From Spirochaetaceae bacterium (lineage in GTDB: Bacteria; Spirochaetota; Spirochaetia; DSM-2461), in contig JAOPTT010000006.1 of NCBI GenBank assembly GCA_051531975.1, forward strand, positions 160,656 through 224,655: a stretch of 64,000 bases of DNA, read 5' to 3'. The translations under genes were made by a program, and so were the position numbers. Positions 63,575-64,000 of this stretch are shown here, one piece after another (within the stretch, counting starts at the first letter, position 1; every line of letters begins with the position of its first letter). The notes below the pieces were generated by a model, which saw only the letters and a program-made list of their open reading frames with translations, was not told the origin of the DNA and did not search any database.

Positions 63575-64000
63575 TACAGTAATTATATTAGCTGGTGGAA
63601 AGAGTACAAGAATGGGGATGGATAAACTAAGGATTAAAATTAATGGTAATTATCTCATTGATAATATTATTAACAAATTAAAAAACGAGTTTGATGAAAT
63701 TATTATTGTTACTAATGATCCTCTATATCATAGAGAAGATGGCATTATTGTTATAGATGATGAAGACAAAAGTTGTGGGCCATTATGTGGGATTTATTCA
63801 GGATTAAAAAGATCGAGTAGTAATTATTCATTTGTAATGGCCTGTGACATGCCCTATGTAAACCTTGATTTCATAAGATATGAAAAAGAAAAACTAAATA
63901 ATACATTCGATGTAATTATAGCAAAAATAGGAGTTTTTACTGAACCTCTATACGGTTTTTATAAGAAAGAGATGCTAACAAAAATATATAATGAAATAAA
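63564..64000 (+). CDS. mobA: Molybdenum cofactor guanylyltransferase (partial, runs off window)
   Basis: GTG start overlapping the fdhF end; LAGGKSTRMG.DK, GPLCGI, ACDMP; not in ORF track. Confidence 0.9.
   Translation, partial: MEANTVIILAGGKSTRMGMDKLRIKINGNYLIDNIINKLKNEFDEIIIVTNDPLYHREDGIIVIDDEDKSCGPLCGIYSGLKRSSSNYSFVMACDMPYVNLDFIRYEKEKLNNTFDVIIAKIGVFTEPLYGFYKKEMLTKIYNEI

Overview
AT-rich (~30% GC by eye) bacterial chromosome segment, probably a free-living spirochaete (inferred from the STAS remnant, CheD/MCPs, lipoproteins and class II RNR). The left ~37 kb is an accessory patchwork of unrelated genes: giant hybrid histidine kinases, an ankyrin lipoprotein, ttcA, a secreted caspase-like protease, a large Ig/PPC lipoprotein with a transglutaminase-TPR partner, cheD, a violaxanthin de-epoxidase-like lipocalin, and a two-radical-SAM/ABC operon with a membrane AraC. 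The spacers hold at least five co-oriented, degraded pieces of the 3' half of comM/yifB. Two long copies differ mostly at synonymous sites, so they look like independently acquired alleles, and one copy is split by ttcA with a 5-bp direct repeat. This suggests a comM-anchored gene-accretion array, although no integrase is visible in the window. Many genes appear leaderless, with a -10 box 6-7 nt before the ATG. The right part holds MCPs, an NSS transporter, a PBP-type hybrid kinase, a class V aminotransferase, a ytr-like ABC/GntR operon, panE, nrdJ with NrdR boxes, an MFS transporter and a NuoE/NuoF/FdhF/MobA formate dehydrogenase operon that runs off the end. No rRNA, tRNA, CRISPR array, transposase or integrase was recognised.
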